From contig CP011210.1 of the NCBI GenBank assembly GCA_001029675.1, forward strand, positions 192,193 to 256,192: DNA of 64,000 nt. Direction: 5' to 3'. Below, one piece after another: positions 34,786 through 44,749 of the stretch. This stretch comes from Candidatus Beckwithbacteria bacterium GW2011_GWC1_49_16. GTDB lineage: Bacteria; Patescibacteriota; Microgenomatia; UBA1400; CG1-02-47-37. The position numbers and the translations under genes are program-made. Each line of letters begins with the position of its first letter. The stretch's first letter is position 1. The notes under the pieces were generated by a model. It was not told where the DNA came from. It was given only the letters and a program-made list of their open reading frames with translations, and ran no database searches.

Positions 34786-37338
34786 TTAACTAAAGATCGT
34801 ATCGGTGCTTCTAATCACAGACACGGTCATGCCGTTACTGGTAATTGTTGAGTCCTGTTCAAAGGGGATCATTCTCGGGGCAGCAGTAGAGTGCCGGGCG
34901 CGGACCCGGGTGAAAACAGTGGTGTCATAAACAACTTGGACTGTTTCCGAGTCTTCCGATCCGATCGAGCCGGTAGTTTCGTGAACATCGATAAATGGCA
35001 CATAAAGCGTGTCATTGGTGGCTTCCGGGGCAATCGGCAGGGTGTTAATTTCATAGCCGTCAGTGTTGGTAAAGCCGGTTACGGTGGTCATGTTAACGTT
35101 GTCATCGTCAACTACTTCGGTGATATAACCGACTGCGCCGTTGGCAGTGCGCCGGATTAAGTCACCCACTTTAGCGGTGGCAAAAGCACCGGTATCTTGG
35201 ATATGGGTGGTGGTATTGCCGGTGGCGTCTGATGTCAAACCGGTGGTTGAGTCTAAAGTGAAAACACTGCCGCTCCAGGAGGCAAAGCGGATTCGGTATT
35301 CGGTATTGGCACTATCATCCACAATTCTCAATACTCCGCCGACGGTTTTGCCTGGTTCGTCAATCCTGATTGTTTGGTTGACAGTTAAACTGGTGCCGCC
35401 GGCAGCCTCGCCGCCGACACAGGTGTAGTAGTTTTTTTCAATATCACCGCCAGAGCCGGTCAATCTAAAGACGGCGATTCTGTCGCCTTCAATCGTTTTA
35501 TTAACAGTAACGTTTACCTTAATTGGGGCCAGTCTCACTGTACCGCCGTCATCAACCAGCTGAAAATTATTTAAGTCAGAATCCAGACGATCGTTAAGGT
35601 AAACTCCTGGGGCACAGAAGAACTTGCCGCCGGCGAAGGTGCCGAAAGGAGCGGCGCTGATTGGGGTAATGGTAGCGATTGTTGCCCCGGTTGGGTTTAT
35701 AGTTACACCGCCGCCGGTAATGCTACCGCCGCCGGCAGTAAAAGTTCCCCGGGAATCTCTTAAAATCAGGATATCATCTGTAGAGTTATGGTTAGTACAG
35801 GTGCCAGTTGCGCCGGTGCCGGCTTGGGTGACTACTGTTCCGGTAGTGATAGTGCCGTCGTCGCTGGTATAGCCGGAGATTTTGTAATCAGAGCCGATAT
35901 AAGATTCGCCGATAACCGTGGCTGCACCCGGGTCAATGTCGTCGGCATTTAGGTTGCGCCTGGTAATGTATTTTGTCCACTGGTAGACTTTGCCGACTGA
36001 ATTTTGATTACAGTCAATGACGATCGAGTAGTTTTCATTTGTCCCGTTTTCGTCAACGTCAAAACTGCCTCCGTCGGCCATTCCGCCGAAAGCAAGCGTT
36101 GCGGGAGTGCCGCTTTCCCAAAATGTCGTCCCTGAAGTTGTTGCCGGTCCGGCAACAACCGGAGCCGAAGCGGTGATCGTGCCGCTGCCGTCGCCATCTG
36201 ATTGAGTCGAGAAAACATATTCTTGAATGACGGTATCGCTAGCAGAAAAATCAGTGATCGGTTCACCGAGTAGGTAATAGTAAATATAGTTGTTGTCGGT
36301 ATCAATGGCGGTAATCACTCCGCGCTTGGTAGTTGTAGCCCAAGTATTGGCGCCGGAGTTGGTCCAATATATATAGTTACCAACATCAAAGTTTGCCACA
36401 GAGGCAGTCATTGTCATTCGGCTGTAGCCGGTTGGATTGTCCAGGTCAGTACCGGTTTGAAGCGGGATAGGGTTACGACCCACCACCCCGGCAGTAGTGA
36501 TCAAGTCCACAGTATAGTAGGAATAGGTTTTGGAGTATTGCCGGGCATAGACTTTGATCCAGCCTTCGTCGGTTTCCGCACCCAACTCCTGGACGTTGAT
36601 CAAAATGTCGATATGGTCGGTGGACAAACCTGTAGTTTTGTCGCTCCACCAGTCGCTTTGGGTGTCTTTGTAGGCGGTTAAATAGGCACCGTCTTGATAG
36701 ACGTAAATATGAGTGTAGTTTTCAATCGCACCGATGGAATAGATATTGGCCCAGAGCGATTCGCCGGCGGAAACGGCCGCGGCCGATTGGGTAGCGGTGT
36801 GGGTGTTACAGGTAATACCGCCTGAGGTTGAGTTCCAGTCGTTAGCGAGAGCATTGTTAGCTGGCCTGATCCACAAGGTGCTGCCGGCGCCGGTGCCTTT
36901 TACATCCAAGAGCGTCCCGGAGTCGAGGTCGGTGTCGTGGCTGATGGTCTCACCGATGTCGCCAGCAACGATATTGGTATTGTTGCAGGTGACTTTGACG
37001 ATACCGACATTGCCGGTGCCGTCACCCGGCAGGTCTCTTTGCCATTCAGCCGTTTTTAAAGCACCGCCATAGAGGTGTTCGACCGTGGTTCGGTCAATAA
37101 ACCAGGGGTCTTTATCGCCTGTGTCAATAATGCCGATGGTGTACTCGGTCGGGGTCTGGGCGGACATGGGCACGCCGTCGTCCATCTGGGTGAGTTCGTC
37201 AAAGAGGTCCTGGAGAGCCGAGTAGAGTTCATTGATCGTTCTGGTGCCGGTGTCCGATCCGGTCCAAACAATCCGCTTCTGCCGATTTTCGGCGCCGTAG
37301 TAAACTGTGAAGTCACCGCTTAAAATAGTGTCTGACAT
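34786..37338 (-). CDS. giant fibre/tail-fibre-like protein (850 aa, Thr/Gly-rich beta-rich, no signal peptide)
   Basis: N-terminal module ...TINELYSALQDLFDELTQMDDGVPMSAQTP... is shared with the 82-aa ORF at 38548..38796. Long low-complexity T/G/S/N-rich body. Confidence 0.5.
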   Translation of the reverse strand: MSDTILSGDFTVYYGAENRQKRIVWTGSDTGTRTINELYSALQDLFDELTQMDDGVPMSAQTPTEYTIGIIDTGDKDPWFIDRTTVEHLYGGALKTAEWQRDLPGDGTGNVGIVKVTCNNTNIVAGDIGETISHDTDLDSGTLLDVKGTGAGSTLWIRPANNALANDWNSTSGGITCNTHTATQSAAAVSAGESLWANIYSIGAIENYTHIYVYQDGAYLTAYKDTQSDWWSDKTTGLSTDHIDILINVQELGAETDEGWIKVYARQYSKTYSYYTVDLITTAGVVGRNPIPLQTGTDLDNPTGYSRMTMTASVANFDVGNYIYWTNSGANTWATTTKRGVITAIDTDNNYIYYYLLGEPITDFSASDTVIQEYVFSTQSDGDGSGTITASAPVVAGPATTSGTTFWESGTPATLAFGGMADGGSFDVDENGTNENYSIVIDCNQNSVGKVYQWTKYITRRNLNADDIDPGAATVIGESYIGSDYKISGYTSDDGTITTGTVVTQAGTGATGTCTNHNSTDDILILRDSRGTFTAGGGSITGGGVTINPTGATIATITPISAAPFGTFAGGKFFCAPGVYLNDRLDSDLNNFQLVDDGGTVRLAPIKVNVTVNKTIEGDRIAVFRLTGSGGDIEKNYYTCVGGEAAGGTSLTVNQTIRIDEPGKTVGGVLRIVDDSANTEYRIRFASWSGSVFTLDSTTGLTSDATGNTTTHIQDTGAFATAKVGDLIRRTANGAVGYITEVVDDDNVNMTTVTGFTNTDGYEINTLPIAPEATNDTLYVPFIDVHETTGSIGSEDSETVQVVYDTTVFTRVRARHSTAAPRMIPFEQDSTITSNGMTVSVIRSTDTIFS

Positions 37339-37432
37339 AGCAGGCTATAAAGTTCAGTATGGGTGGTTTTTCAAACCCTGTCAAGTAGGAGTCCTTGACA
37401 TAGACTTTAATAAAAGTTAGACTTTCGTTAAA

Positions 37433-38566
37433 ATGAAGTTATATAAAAGAAAGGTATTCTCTGTTATCCAACGGCTGGTGGAAAGAGAAAAGTCGTTGGT
37501 GATTACCGGTGGAAGACAGGTAGGTAAGTCATCGGTTTTGCTTTACCTAAAGGAGTGGTTAGAGCGTCAAGGTAAACGGACGGTTTTCTACGATTTGAAC
37601 TTTTCGGATGGGCCGTTTAACCTGGCAGCCGATTTAACCGCCAAGGGGGTAGGCGGCGACCAGCCGGTTTATGTTTTGGTAGATAACTGGCGGCCGGAAG
37701 CAGGCGGGGAGCTTGAGAAAAACTTTCATCTGGTGGCCGCCAGCGCGGTCAAAGCCTTTCTGCCCGCCTCGGCCCGGGCGGTGGAAGTGCTACCTTTGTC
37801 TTTTGCCGAGTTTTTAGAGTTTAAAGCGGCAGACCCAAAAGACGCGTCCCAATGGCCGGAGCTTTACCGGGAGTTTGTTAGCTACGGTGGTTTTCCGGCA
37901 GTGGTGCTGGAGCCGGTAGTGGAGCAAAAGAAGCAAGTTTTGTGGCAGATAGTGGATCTTTATTTAAGAAAAGACCTTAGCGATTTGGCCCGGATCAAGG
38001 ACCCTACTAAGTTTTACCAGCTGCTTTCGGCCCTGGCCGGCAGATCCGGTCAGGTTCTAGACATGATGGCTCTGACCCGGGAACTGAAAGTGTCTTTTCC
38101 CACCCTGAAAAAGTATCTGGCGATATTGGAGCAGACTTTACTGGTGCAGACGGTCAAACCTTACAGCCGCCAGCCGGAGAGGGAGATCAGCAAAAGCCCC
38201 AAGGTGTATTTTTTGGACAGCGGCCTGATGTCACTTTTATGGTTGAACCAGTTTTCAACCAAGATTCTTGAGCCGGTGTTTGCTACCAACGTCTTTGCCG
38301 AGTTGGTTAAGAAGGTGGGCCGGGAGGCGGTCGGCTTTTGGCGCACCAAAGCCGGGGCCGAGGTCGATTTTGTGGTTGAAAAGGGCGGCGGCGACCTGCC
38401 TGCCGGCAGGCAGATTTTGGCCGTTGAGGCCGAAGTCAACTTCGACCGCTTTAGCCCCAAAGACATCAATAGTTTCAAGCGCCGCTACGACCCCAAGCGC
38501 TGGCGGGTGATCGGGCTGACCGGAGAAAAAATGGCCAAAAACGGCTTTTACCCTTGGGAGATGTGA
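37433..38566 (+). CDS. AAA-family ATPase (AAA_14 plus DUF4143)
   Basis: Walker A VITGGRQVGKSSVLLYL and the DUF4143-type C-terminal region. Lies between the fibre-like genes. Confidence 0.65.
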   Translation: MKLYKRKVFSVIQRLVEREKSLVITGGRQVGKSSVLLYLKEWLERQGKRTVFYDLNFSDGPFNLAADLTAKGVGGDQPVYVLVDNWRPEAGGELEKNFHLVAASAVKAFLPASARAVEVLPLSFAEFLEFKAADPKDASQWPELYREFVSYGGFPAVVLEPVVEQKKQVLWQIVDLYLRKDLSDLARIKDPTKFYQLLSALAGRSGQVLDMMALTRELKVSFPTLKKYLAILEQTLLVQTVKPYSRQPEREISKSPKVYFLDSGLMSLLWLNQFSTKILEPVFATNVFAELVKKVGREAVGFWRTKAGAEVDFVVEKGGGDLPAGRQILAVEAEVNFDRFSPKDINSFKRRYDPKRWRVIGLTGEKMAKNGFYPWEM

Positions 38567-38796
38567 CCCTTTAAAAATTTTCGGCTGGCTTTATCAATAG
38601 TCCAGCCATTGATCAGTTTAAACTCGTCCTTGGCTTGGGCCTTTATCGGAATGTCGTAGCGCATGTTTTCCGGCTCGTCAAACAGATCCATGAGAAATGA
38701 GTATAGTTGTTTGGCGTTGTAACTTTTACCGCTGCCTTTTTCCTGGCAGCTGATGGTCTTGGTTTTAAAGTCGACTTGAAAAACTGTTGGCGTCAT
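38548..38796 (-). CDS. small protein sharing the N-terminal module of the 850-aa fibre protein
   Basis: NAKQLYSFLMDLFDEPENMRYDIPIKAQAKDEFKLINGWTI parallels TINELYSALQDLFDELTQMDDGVPMSAQTPTEYTIGII. Confidence 0.35.
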   Translation of the reverse strand: MTPTVFQVDFKTKTISCQEKGSGKSYNAKQLYSFLMDLFDEPENMRYDIPIKAQAKDEFKLINGWTIDKASRKFLKGHISQG

Positions 38797-38797
38797 A

Positions 38798-40735
38798 TTA
38801 GGTATTAGAATCTATTCTCAGGGTGACTTGTAGGTCTAACCCCGTGCTTGATGCGATCGTTGCAGTAGTGCTAAGCGGAACATATCTTGTGTATCCGGTA
38901 GAACTTTTTCGTACCCTGACATAACAATCAGCCGGAGTGGCTCCGGCAAAAGAGCCGGAAGCAACCCCAGAGGCATTGGTGTCGGTATTGAGAATCTCGC
39001 TATCGTCTGAAGTTAGGAACACAGCTGTCTGTGCCAGTTCTATCGGATCGGTGGCGGTATCGTTCACAGTTATGGTTATCGGCACTGATCCCTGGAAAAC
39101 GACTATTCCCGTATTGGTAGAGGGGTTTGAGGTGCCCGACTTTGATATCACCAGCGCGTCTTGGGGAGAAGTTGAGTTGTGGACGTCTTTTTCATTGCCG
39201 TTGAAGTTTAGGTCAGTGTAGGTAATCGGGGTAGTCACGCTGTAGGCATCGGATGAATCCCACCGATTGTCGGATCCATTGGCAAGACCGGCTGCACAAA
39301 CCAAATTATTATTATCAGTAATGCTGGTCACCGTGGCGTACGATCCGTCGATTTCGTTATAGGCTATATCGTTCACCGCCGCAGTGGTCAGGAAAGAGGC
39401 CGAGCTGTCCGTCAGCGTCACTCCTGTTGCGTCCGGGGTGGTGACTGTTCCCGTGGCCACTCCGGGTATGGTATCGTGCTCTATGCCGTGGGCTACATCA
39501 GAGCTGGCGTGGCTGTTGGCCAAGAAGTTACATTTTTGTATATTGATCGAACTGTTCCAAAGCAGGGCTGATCGGTTGCTGGCATCAGCCGTGCCGTCGT
39601 CATAGACGGTGGTGAAGTTACAGTTTCTGATTTGTACCCCTCCCACCGGATCAAACTGCTCGCAACCCGAAAAAGAACTTGAAAATAATTTGTGTGCCGT
39701 ATTTGTTCCCCAAGTTAGTGACCCAGATAAACTTTCAAAAGAACAGGCGTACCATTCGCTGGTGTTTACACTCCCGTTATCAAAGGAGATGTTGACGTGG
39801 TAGGTGGAATTACCTACTACTGACCAGCCGTTTCGTCCCGAATCAGAACCTACAGGCTTTCCGATTATTATCGAGTTTGTGCCCGTACCCCCGACACAAT
39901 TAATATCAAAATAGTCAAGCGGCACCGAATTGGTAAAAGAAGTGCCGTCATAATACCGGGGCTCTGCTACGAATATTTTTGAATTGATATCAGACAAGGT
40001 TGAGTCGGTGGCGGCAGTCGTATCTCCCAAAATTAATTTTCCGTTTAGTTCGACGGCTGTTTGTGAATCGTTTAGGGACTGGATAATGCCATGCCGATTG
40101 GTGGTTTCGTTGGCCAGAAGGTCGGCAACCAAAGCATCGCTGGTCGATGTTCCTGTGACTGTGATCCCGGTGCCTACCCTGATTTGATCAACCACCAGGT
40201 TGTCAAAACGGGCCGTAGCCGTGGTATCTGCGAATAGGCCAAAATATCTGACTGCTGCCAGGTTTATTGCCGTACCCGAACTGGCCGATACGGTTTCGGT
40301 TGGGTCCAGGACAAACCTTTTCCAACCTCCGGAATAGTTATCTTTGCCATAAAAATACCACAGGTGGTACTGCGTGGCCGATGGCGTGGAGCTCTCCAGA
40401 AATACCCCAAAACCACCGGTATTTTTGGTCTGCAGTAGTCCGGCCGCCAAAAAGTTCCCCCAGATGTACACCATTTGCCCAAAAGCATTGCCGCCGCCGG
40501 TAAAGTCTAGCGTGTTGCCAGCACCGATGTCTGCGTACAGTGCTACTCTTTTATTGTTGGAAGTAATTGTCACGGCACCCGTTCCTTCAATAGCGCCATC
40601 GGCCACACCTATTGATGGCGTAGCTCCGCCTGCGGTAATCTTGATCACTCCCCAGCCGGTTGTCGAATCGGCGGTATTGACCACGCCGTTGCTGGTTGGT
40701 CCGGTTGTTCCGTTCCAGGTGACTGTCGCTGCCAT
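38798..40735 (-). CDS. giant fibre-like protein (645 aa, beta-helix-like repeats, no signal peptide)
   Basis: T/G/S/N-rich low-complexity protein with repeated NxxG rungs. Confidence 0.5.
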   Translation of the reverse strand: MAATVTWNGTTGPTSNGVVNTADSTTGWGVIKITAGGATPSIGVADGAIEGTGAVTITSNNKRVALYADIGAGNTLDFTGGGNAFGQMVYIWGNFLAAGLLQTKNTGGFGVFLESSTPSATQYHLWYFYGKDNYSGGWKRFVLDPTETVSASSGTAINLAAVRYFGLFADTTATARFDNLVVDQIRVGTGITVTGTSTSDALVADLLANETTNRHGIIQSLNDSQTAVELNGKLILGDTTAATDSTLSDINSKIFVAEPRYYDGTSFTNSVPLDYFDINCVGGTGTNSIIIGKPVGSDSGRNGWSVVGNSTYHVNISFDNGSVNTSEWYACSFESLSGSLTWGTNTAHKLFSSSFSGCEQFDPVGGVQIRNCNFTTVYDDGTADASNRSALLWNSSINIQKCNFLANSHASSDVAHGIEHDTIPGVATGTVTTPDATGVTLTDSSASFLTTAAVNDIAYNEIDGSYATVTSITDNNNLVCAAGLANGSDNRWDSSDAYSVTTPITYTDLNFNGNEKDVHNSTSPQDALVISKSGTSNPSTNTGIVVFQGSVPITITVNDTATDPIELAQTAVFLTSDDSEILNTDTNASGVASGSFAGATPADCYVRVRKSSTGYTRYVPLSTTATIASSTGLDLQVTLRIDSNT

Positions 40736-40792
40736 ATTTCTACTTTACGACAAAATGTAACTTAGCAAAAGGGGGTAGGTGATGTGTTATGG

Positions 40793-41275
40793 TCAATCGT
40801 CATCGTCATCGTCATCGGGGGTAAAGGGGTTGGGGGCAGCCGCAATTTTTTCGTGAGCCGAGTGGAGCATTCCCTGAAGTAAAAGCAGGGCTGTCGGTAA
40901 AAGTAGGGCCAGACCAGCGGCCGCCAGAGAAAACGACCATTCCAGCGTTACCATCTTTGAGGCAGTAGCAGTTTGCTGAAGCGCATAAAGCTGCATCAAG
41001 CCGGCAATTACCAATAAGCTGCCGCCTTTAGCCAGGTGGGCCGATTCAAAGAAAGAAAAGACCCATAAAGGGGATAAAAACAAGCCTAAAGCCCGGATAA
41101 AAATAATCGCCGCGGTAAAGGGATAAGTGTTAAAGAAGGTTTGGTTTAAAAAGACGTAGGGCGAGGAAGGTTTAATGGTTAAAGGATCAATTCCGGACTG
41201 CAAAACATAGGTTAACAAAAACAGTCCGCCGATGATTGCCAAAACATATTCTTTGCCGATTTTCATTAAGCTCAA
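40793..41275 (-). CDS. hypothetical membrane protein with poly-Asp C-terminus
   Basis: 4-5 TM helices. C-terminal DDDDDD is encoded by a (GTCATC)n repeat at 40795..40818. Confidence 0.4.
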   Translation of the reverse strand: MSLMKIGKEYVLAIIGGLFLLTYVLQSGIDPLTIKPSSPYVFLNQTFFNTYPFTAAIIFIRALGLFLSPLWVFSFFESAHLAKGGSLLVIAGLMQLYALQQTATASKMVTLEWSFSLAAAGLALLLPTALLLLQGMLHSAHEKIAAAPNPFTPDDDDDDD

Positions 41276-41281
41276 TTTAGC

Positions 41282-42265
41282 CTAATCGTGCCAGCGTTTC
41301 AAGTGGAGGCGGTAGAAATAGAGGTTAGCTAGAAAAAATAATGCCGAAAAGGTTAATCCGATAATCAGCGTAGCTTTTGGCAGATTTTCCTCGGCGGCAG
41401 TTAAGACAAGCGAGGGTTTGGCGGTAACAAAAATCGTCCACGAGGCATTGCCGACAGTGACGTATTTTTTAGTATGTAGCAAAGCAGGAAATTTCATCGG
41501 ATCAAACTCCGGGTCGGAATCAAAGAGTAAGTGTTCAGTTCCGGGAGGGGAATCATAGTGATCGTGGAAGATGGCAAAGTCGATATCCGGCATGGGGTTT
41601 TGCCGGCCGAAAAGGGCGGTAAACAGGTCGGCATCCCGGAAAGCCAGGTTAACAAAACCGATCAGTTGACTGCGCCGTTCGTCGATACTTCTGGGTGTCT
41701 CGCCGCCGCGGTAAAGCGGTGCCGTTAGAAAAAATCCCGGCCGATTGGTGGTGACCAAAGTAAAAGGTTGACTGGAGAGAATTTCGCCGCTGTCGCGTAC
41801 CTGCTCTAAAAAGGCTTTTCGTTCCTGCCTGGTGTTGTGGTCAAATCCCAGGGCGGTTTCCCGGTCGGCAAGCGGTTCAATATAAACAGTAATCAATTTT
41901 TCGCCCCGGCGCTCAAAAAAGGCCACCGAGGAAATACCGGGATAGTCATTGAGTAGGTTCAGCGAGGCAGTATAGGCGCTAAATTCTTCTTTAGTAACTC
42001 CAGAGTTACTGCCGGCCCAGAACGCTTGGAGTCCCTTGAGAGTGGTGACGTGGGTGAGCATGCGCTCTTCAATCCACTGCTGCACCCGCTCGCTGGTTTG
42101 CTCGAAGATTTTTTGTTTTTCCCTTGCCAGAGTTTTCTGGGTCAGAGAGTATGCCAGCAGGGTAGTTACCAACAACAGAATATTCAGGCCGCTCAGCACC
42201 GTCAGGAATTTTTTATCCTGTTGGTGTTCGGCCGGTTGGTTAAAAGATGTCTTCAAAGTCGTCAT
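41282..42265 (-). CDS. CHASE-like extracytoplasmic sensor domain protein flanked by two TM helices (no output domain)
   Basis: TM at the N-terminus and at the C-terminus (LIIGLTFSALFFLANLYFY) with a ~250-aa periplasmic domain between. Confidence 0.45.
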   Translation of the reverse strand: MTTLKTSFNQPAEHQQDKKFLTVLSGLNILLLVTTLLAYSLTQKTLAREKQKIFEQTSERVQQWIEERMLTHVTTLKGLQAFWAGSNSGVTKEEFSAYTASLNLLNDYPGISSVAFFERRGEKLITVYIEPLADRETALGFDHNTRQERKAFLEQVRDSGEILSSQPFTLVTTNRPGFFLTAPLYRGGETPRSIDERRSQLIGFVNLAFRDADLFTALFGRQNPMPDIDFAIFHDHYDSPPGTEHLLFDSDPEFDPMKFPALLHTKKYVTVGNASWTIFVTAKPSLVLTAAEENLPKATLIIGLTFSALFFLANLYFYRLHLKRWHD

Positions 42266-43070
42266 AAATTAGGCCGTCGCGGCCGTCCCAATTAGTAGAA
42301 AAACCGGTACTGCCTGCAAAATAGCGGTAAGCGCCGGTATCGACGCCGGTTAAGGTTTCCCGTTGAATGTACCAGTTGCCGTTTTTGTCAGTAAAGCCGT
42401 AGTAGGCGAAGTCGGGATCGGAAGTGTCGTCGATTTGGGAGATGTTATAGCCGTCGGTGGGCTGTTTTTGAGCCGGATCAATGGCAGCGCCGCTTAAGTC
42501 TTTCAAGGCCACAGTGCCCGGCCCGGGCATGGAGCCGAAAAAGGTGGCCTGGGCTTCTTTAGACACCAACGACATGAAAAAGAGGGATAGTCCGGTCGAG
42601 CCGATGAGTTTAAGAAAGAGTCTCCGGTCGCGGTCGGAAATGCCGGCCGGCCCCGCCACTACCTTGCCGGAAAGCGGCGACTCACGGGTTTTTCCGGCAG
42701 TGGTGACGGTTTTAAAAAAAGTCAGCGGCTGAAAACCGGTGGGGAAACGGCGGGGCAGGGAACGGGGCCGGCGGACCAGCTCGAAGGCTAAATGATAAAT
42801 AAGCGGAACTAAAAGCAGGGGGAATACCAGCCCGGCAATTGAGCTGGCCGATTTGATCCCGGCCGCGCCGATCATGACTAAAACCAGCAAATTGTAAATT
42901 AAGAGCAGCCTTAAGAGCATAAGTTTTAGGGTATGGCAAAGACCGTAACCACGGTAATTAAAAGCAGGGTCAGGCTCAAGCGGAAGCCAAAGCTGGGTTG
43001 GAGCAAAAAACTTTTGAAAGAAAAAGAATCGCGGTAATGACTGATTTGGGGCTGATCGGGGAACAACCAC
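42240..43070 (-). CDS. hypothetical protein; C-terminal part likely a separate Tat-secreted protein
   Basis: Internal twin-arginine signal SDRDRRLFLKLIGSTGLSLFFMSLVSKEAQA is preceded by an in-frame GTG. The upstream part is hydrophobic. Confidence 0.4.
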   Translation of the reverse strand: MVVPRSAPNQSLPRFFFFQKFFAPTQLWLPLEPDPAFNYRGYGLCHTLKLMLLRLLLIYNLLVLVMIGAAGIKSASSIAGLVFPLLLVPLIYHLAFELVRRPRSLPRRFPTGFQPLTFFKTVTTAGKTRESPLSGKVVAGPAGISDRDRRLFLKLIGSTGLSLFFMSLVSKEAQATFFGSMPGPGTVALKDLSGAAIDPAQKQPTDGYNISQIDDTSDPDFAYYGFTDKNGNWYIQRETLTGVDTGAYRYFAGSTGFSTNWDGRDGLIYDDFEDIF

Positions 43071-43287
43071 TCGGCGTACTTTTGAACAAAGAGGCGGTTT
43101 TTGGCGGTTTGCCTGAACGCGGCTGCCAGAAAATAAGCCACCAGCGGCAGTAAAAAGATCAAGGTTACCCCCCGGCTGGCGGCGGCAATCAGCAGACAGA
43201 TGAGGCTGCCGTAGTAGAGTCGGTAGGCGCGCCAGCGCTTGCGCCGCAGTTTAGTTAGGATTAACAGTCGGTTGGCTTCGGCTTGGT

Positions 43288-43662
43288 TTAGCGGCGTAGG
43301 TAACCTCCTTGTTGGTAGGCGAGTAACAGGGCAATGGTTAAAAACAGCAACCGGTTTAACTGGACGGTCAGCGATACCGTTCGGTTGGAAAAAGCGTCGA
43401 TTAAAATGAGGCCTAAGCCCAAAAGAATTAAACCCCGGATGAGTTTTAAGGGCAGGTTTTTGCCGGCGGCGGCGGGGGAGGCGGGGTTGGTTTTCAGCGG
43501 AGCGCCCAAGAATTCCTCCAAAGAGGTTTGGGGAATGCGGAAGCGGCCTTGGTGTTTGGTACCCCGGCTGGCCTTAATCCGGCCTTCGTTTAAGTATTTA
43601 TAAAGGGTGTTGGTGGAACAGCCGACGATTTGGGCGGCTTTTCTGACAGTGTAGAGCTGCAT
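43288..43662 (-). CDS. excisionase/MerR-type HTH domain fused to TM helices
   Basis: MQLYTVRKAAQIVGCSTNTLYKYLNEGRI followed by two hydrophobic helices. Confidence 0.45.
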   Translation of the reverse strand: MQLYTVRKAAQIVGCSTNTLYKYLNEGRIKASRGTKHQGRFRIPQTSLEEFLGAPLKTNPASPAAAGKNLPLKLIRGLILLGLGLILIDAFSNRTVSLTVQLNRLLFLTIALLLAYQQGGYLRR

Positions 43663-43740
43663 GGGCAGGTTTTCTCTTGTTTTTTACAAGTTTTTACCAA
43701 TTGGGTTAATTCTATTGATCTATTTTGATGCTGTCAAGCC

Positions 43741-44391
43741 CTAGGGAACTACGTCTGCCAATCTAACCCAGCCTGATTGAGTGGAGTTTAGTTGAATTTT
43801 AAAAAAATCAGCGGCAAATTCCAGAGAGGGGAAAGTTTCTCCTGTCGTGGCGATGTCGATAATTTGACTATTTAAATTAGGTTGGGAGTAGATGTTGGCC
43901 GCCTGGTGGGAAATGGTGATTGTGCCCAGAGTAAATTGTGGCGTTGGCGACGGTTGGATATCGGGTAAAACCAAGAGTTCCGGGTCGATGGCAAGCGTCG
44001 GCGAGGGGGCGACTGCAGCGGTTGAGCAGACCGGGCAGTCCGGTTGAACCGGTTTGAGCCAAAAAGACAGTTGAAAGGTGATCAGACCCAGAACGGTAAG
44101 GCAGAAAACCACGATGACCACTCTTAGCGACCAGACGGCCTCCGAGGTTTTTTGGGGATTGGTTAAGTTGAGCCAAGAAAGAGCGGTCAAAGGAGCGACG
44201 ATGATTAGGTTGGCGGTTCTGACCGGGCCGGAAAGAAGCAGTAGGCTGGCCAGAAATATCACCGTCGAGGCGATGATGGTGTAAAGCTGGTAAAAGCGAA
44301 ACAGCTTTTTAGGCACAAACCGATTATAGCCATGTGTTATGATAATTGGTAGTATGCAAGAGTGTATTTTTTGCCAGATTGTGGCCGGCAA
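43741..44391 (-). CDS. membrane protein with C-terminal SH3b-like domain
   Basis: N-terminal TM helices. C-terminus ...IYSQPNLNSQIIDIATTGETFP...GWVRLADV resembles bacterial SH3. Confidence 0.4.
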   Translation of the reverse strand: MPATIWQKIHSCILPIIITHGYNRFVPKKLFRFYQLYTIIASTVIFLASLLLLSGPVRTANLIIVAPLTALSWLNLTNPQKTSEAVWSLRVVIVVFCLTVLGLITFQLSFWLKPVQPDCPVCSTAAVAPSPTLAIDPELLVLPDIQPSPTPQFTLGTITISHQAANIYSQPNLNSQIIDIATTGETFPSLEFAADFFKIQLNSTQSGWVRLADVVP

Positions 44392-44749
44392 ACTGCCCAG
44401 CTACAAGGTTTACGAGGATGAGGAGTTCTTGGCTTTTTTGGATATTTTTCCCAAATCAACCGGTCACACTTTGGTGATTCCTAAAAAGCACGTGGAGTGG
44501 GTGTGGGACCTGCCTGCCGGCAGGCAGGTTACTCCGAATTTAGGCAAGTACTTTGAAGTAGTGGGTAAAATTGCCAAAAACCACAGGAAACTGGCGCCCG
44601 ACGGGATTGTCCGGTCGATCATCTGGGGCTGGGAAGTGCCTCATGCTCATATTCATCTTCTTCCGGGAAAAAGTAACGACCTTTCGGGTGAGAAGCTGGG
44701 TGACGAGAAAATGAAGCAGATACAAAGGCAGTTTAGCCTCAAAAAATGA
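44339..44749 (+). CDS. HIT family hydrolase
   Basis: CIFCQI...FLDIFPKSTGHTLVIPKKH...HAHIHLLP histidine triad. Confidence 0.85.
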   Translation: MIIGSMQECIFCQIVAGKLPSYKVYEDEEFLAFLDIFPKSTGHTLVIPKKHVEWVWDLPAGRQVTPNLGKYFEVVGKIAKNHRKLAPDGIVRSIIWGWEVPHAHIHLLPGKSNDLSGEKLGDEKMKQIQRQFSLKK

